Below, in pieces: positions 16,873-17,258 of a DNA stretch of 17,258 nt (positions are counted from its first letter, which is position 1; the number at the start of each line of letters is the position of its first letter). Origin of the DNA: Candidatus Omnitrophota bacterium (GTDB lineage Bacteria > Ratteibacteria > UBA8468 > MWAK01). The notes beneath the pieces were generated by a model. It searched no databases and was not told the DNA's origin. It saw only the letters and a list, made by a program, of their open reading frames with translations. The stretch lies in NCBI GenBank assembly GCA_043797665.1, contig JAZDPL010000085.1, positions 1-17,258 on the forward strand. The letters run 5' to 3'. The translations under genes and the position numbers were made by a program.

Positions 16873-16968
16873 GTTTTAGGAAGTCATACACTATGGCGAA
16901 AGAAGTCTGTATGGGGTCGTCCGTCAAGGCAGTTGCCAAACGCCTTCTTACACTGAAGTTCCGGTAGG

Positions 16969-17030
16969 TTCGCAATGACTGGGATTCTTCGGCTTCGCCT
17001 CAGAATGACAAAGGGGTAATTTTTAGCTGG
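16969..17030 (+). repeat. REP-like unit plus flanks, second copy
   Basis: Near-identical to 14604-14664. Confidence 0.9.
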
Positions 17031-17084
17031 TAAGGTTGCCAAACTCTTTGTCTATTAACGACTCCTGACTATTACATATCCAAG

Positions 17085-17116
17085 TACCCCACCGTCCAAT
17101 CGCAATTAGTTCTTGA
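17085..17116 (+). repeat. motif B copy 6
   Basis: TACCCCACCGTCCAATCGCAATTAGTTCTTGA. Confidence 0.8.
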
Positions 17117-17232
17117 TCCTGAAATTCCGACATAAGAAGTTTTTTAGGGTTAAAGCCTGTGCTGCACACGCCGGCGTGGGACACAAGTCAATTCCGCCGG
17201 ACGGGGGAGGATTAAAACAGGAGGTGGCTACC

Positions 17233-17258
17233 ATGACCGGAACGGGTGGCTACTTTAC
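17233..17258 (+). CDS. probable start of a gene running off the window
   Basis: AGGAGG (17219-17224) 8 nt before ATG; MTGTGGYF... Confidence 0.45.

Noticed and set aside
11779..17116. CRISPR array interpretation of motifs A/B
   Set aside because: Spacing ranges from ~100 bp to 2 kb and includes whole genes; repeats are degenerate; no cas genes.
11779..17116. Classical integron attC sites
   Set aside because: No RYYYAAC...GTTRRRY bounded palindromes after the cargo stop codons and no intI in the window.
17167..17178. Perfect 12-bp palindrome CACGCCGGCGTG upstream of the last ORF start
   Set aside because: Single occurrence, no riboswitch or operator consensus recognised; could be chance.

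Overview
Bacterial, diderm (LPS-producing) chromosomal window, possibly PVC-superphylum-like, inferred only from a DUF1559/H-X9-DG pilin-like gene plus waaA. Bases 1-11716 are a run of minus-strand genes: hisF, an LmtA-like lipid A phosphate methyltransferase, waaA and pyrC, then a candidate aminocyclitol/amino-sugar cluster (creatininase family, DegT aminotransferase, AAC(3)-TIM-barrel fusion, cyclase-like, GntR/LacI regulator, Gfo/Idh/MocA dehydrogenase, inositol-1-phosphate synthase truncated by the window edge). Several REP-like palindromes are scattered through it. Bases ~11770-17258 are an AT-richer accessory region. Unrelated cargo genes (TolB-like propeller, RelBE-type TA pair, broken HicA, pilin-like, FGE-domain protein) are separated by two recurring same-orientation motifs. 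Motif A (CTGGGAGAGGTGGAC-N4-TTCGAAC, 6 clear copies) resembles a tRNA 3' end on the opposite strand and opens what look like orphaned protein tails. Motif B (CCCTACCCCACCATCCAGTYRCAATTAGTTTTGA, 6 copies) often ends in an outward -35 box. This cassette-like array has no integrase in the window and is the best candidate for an undescribed system.
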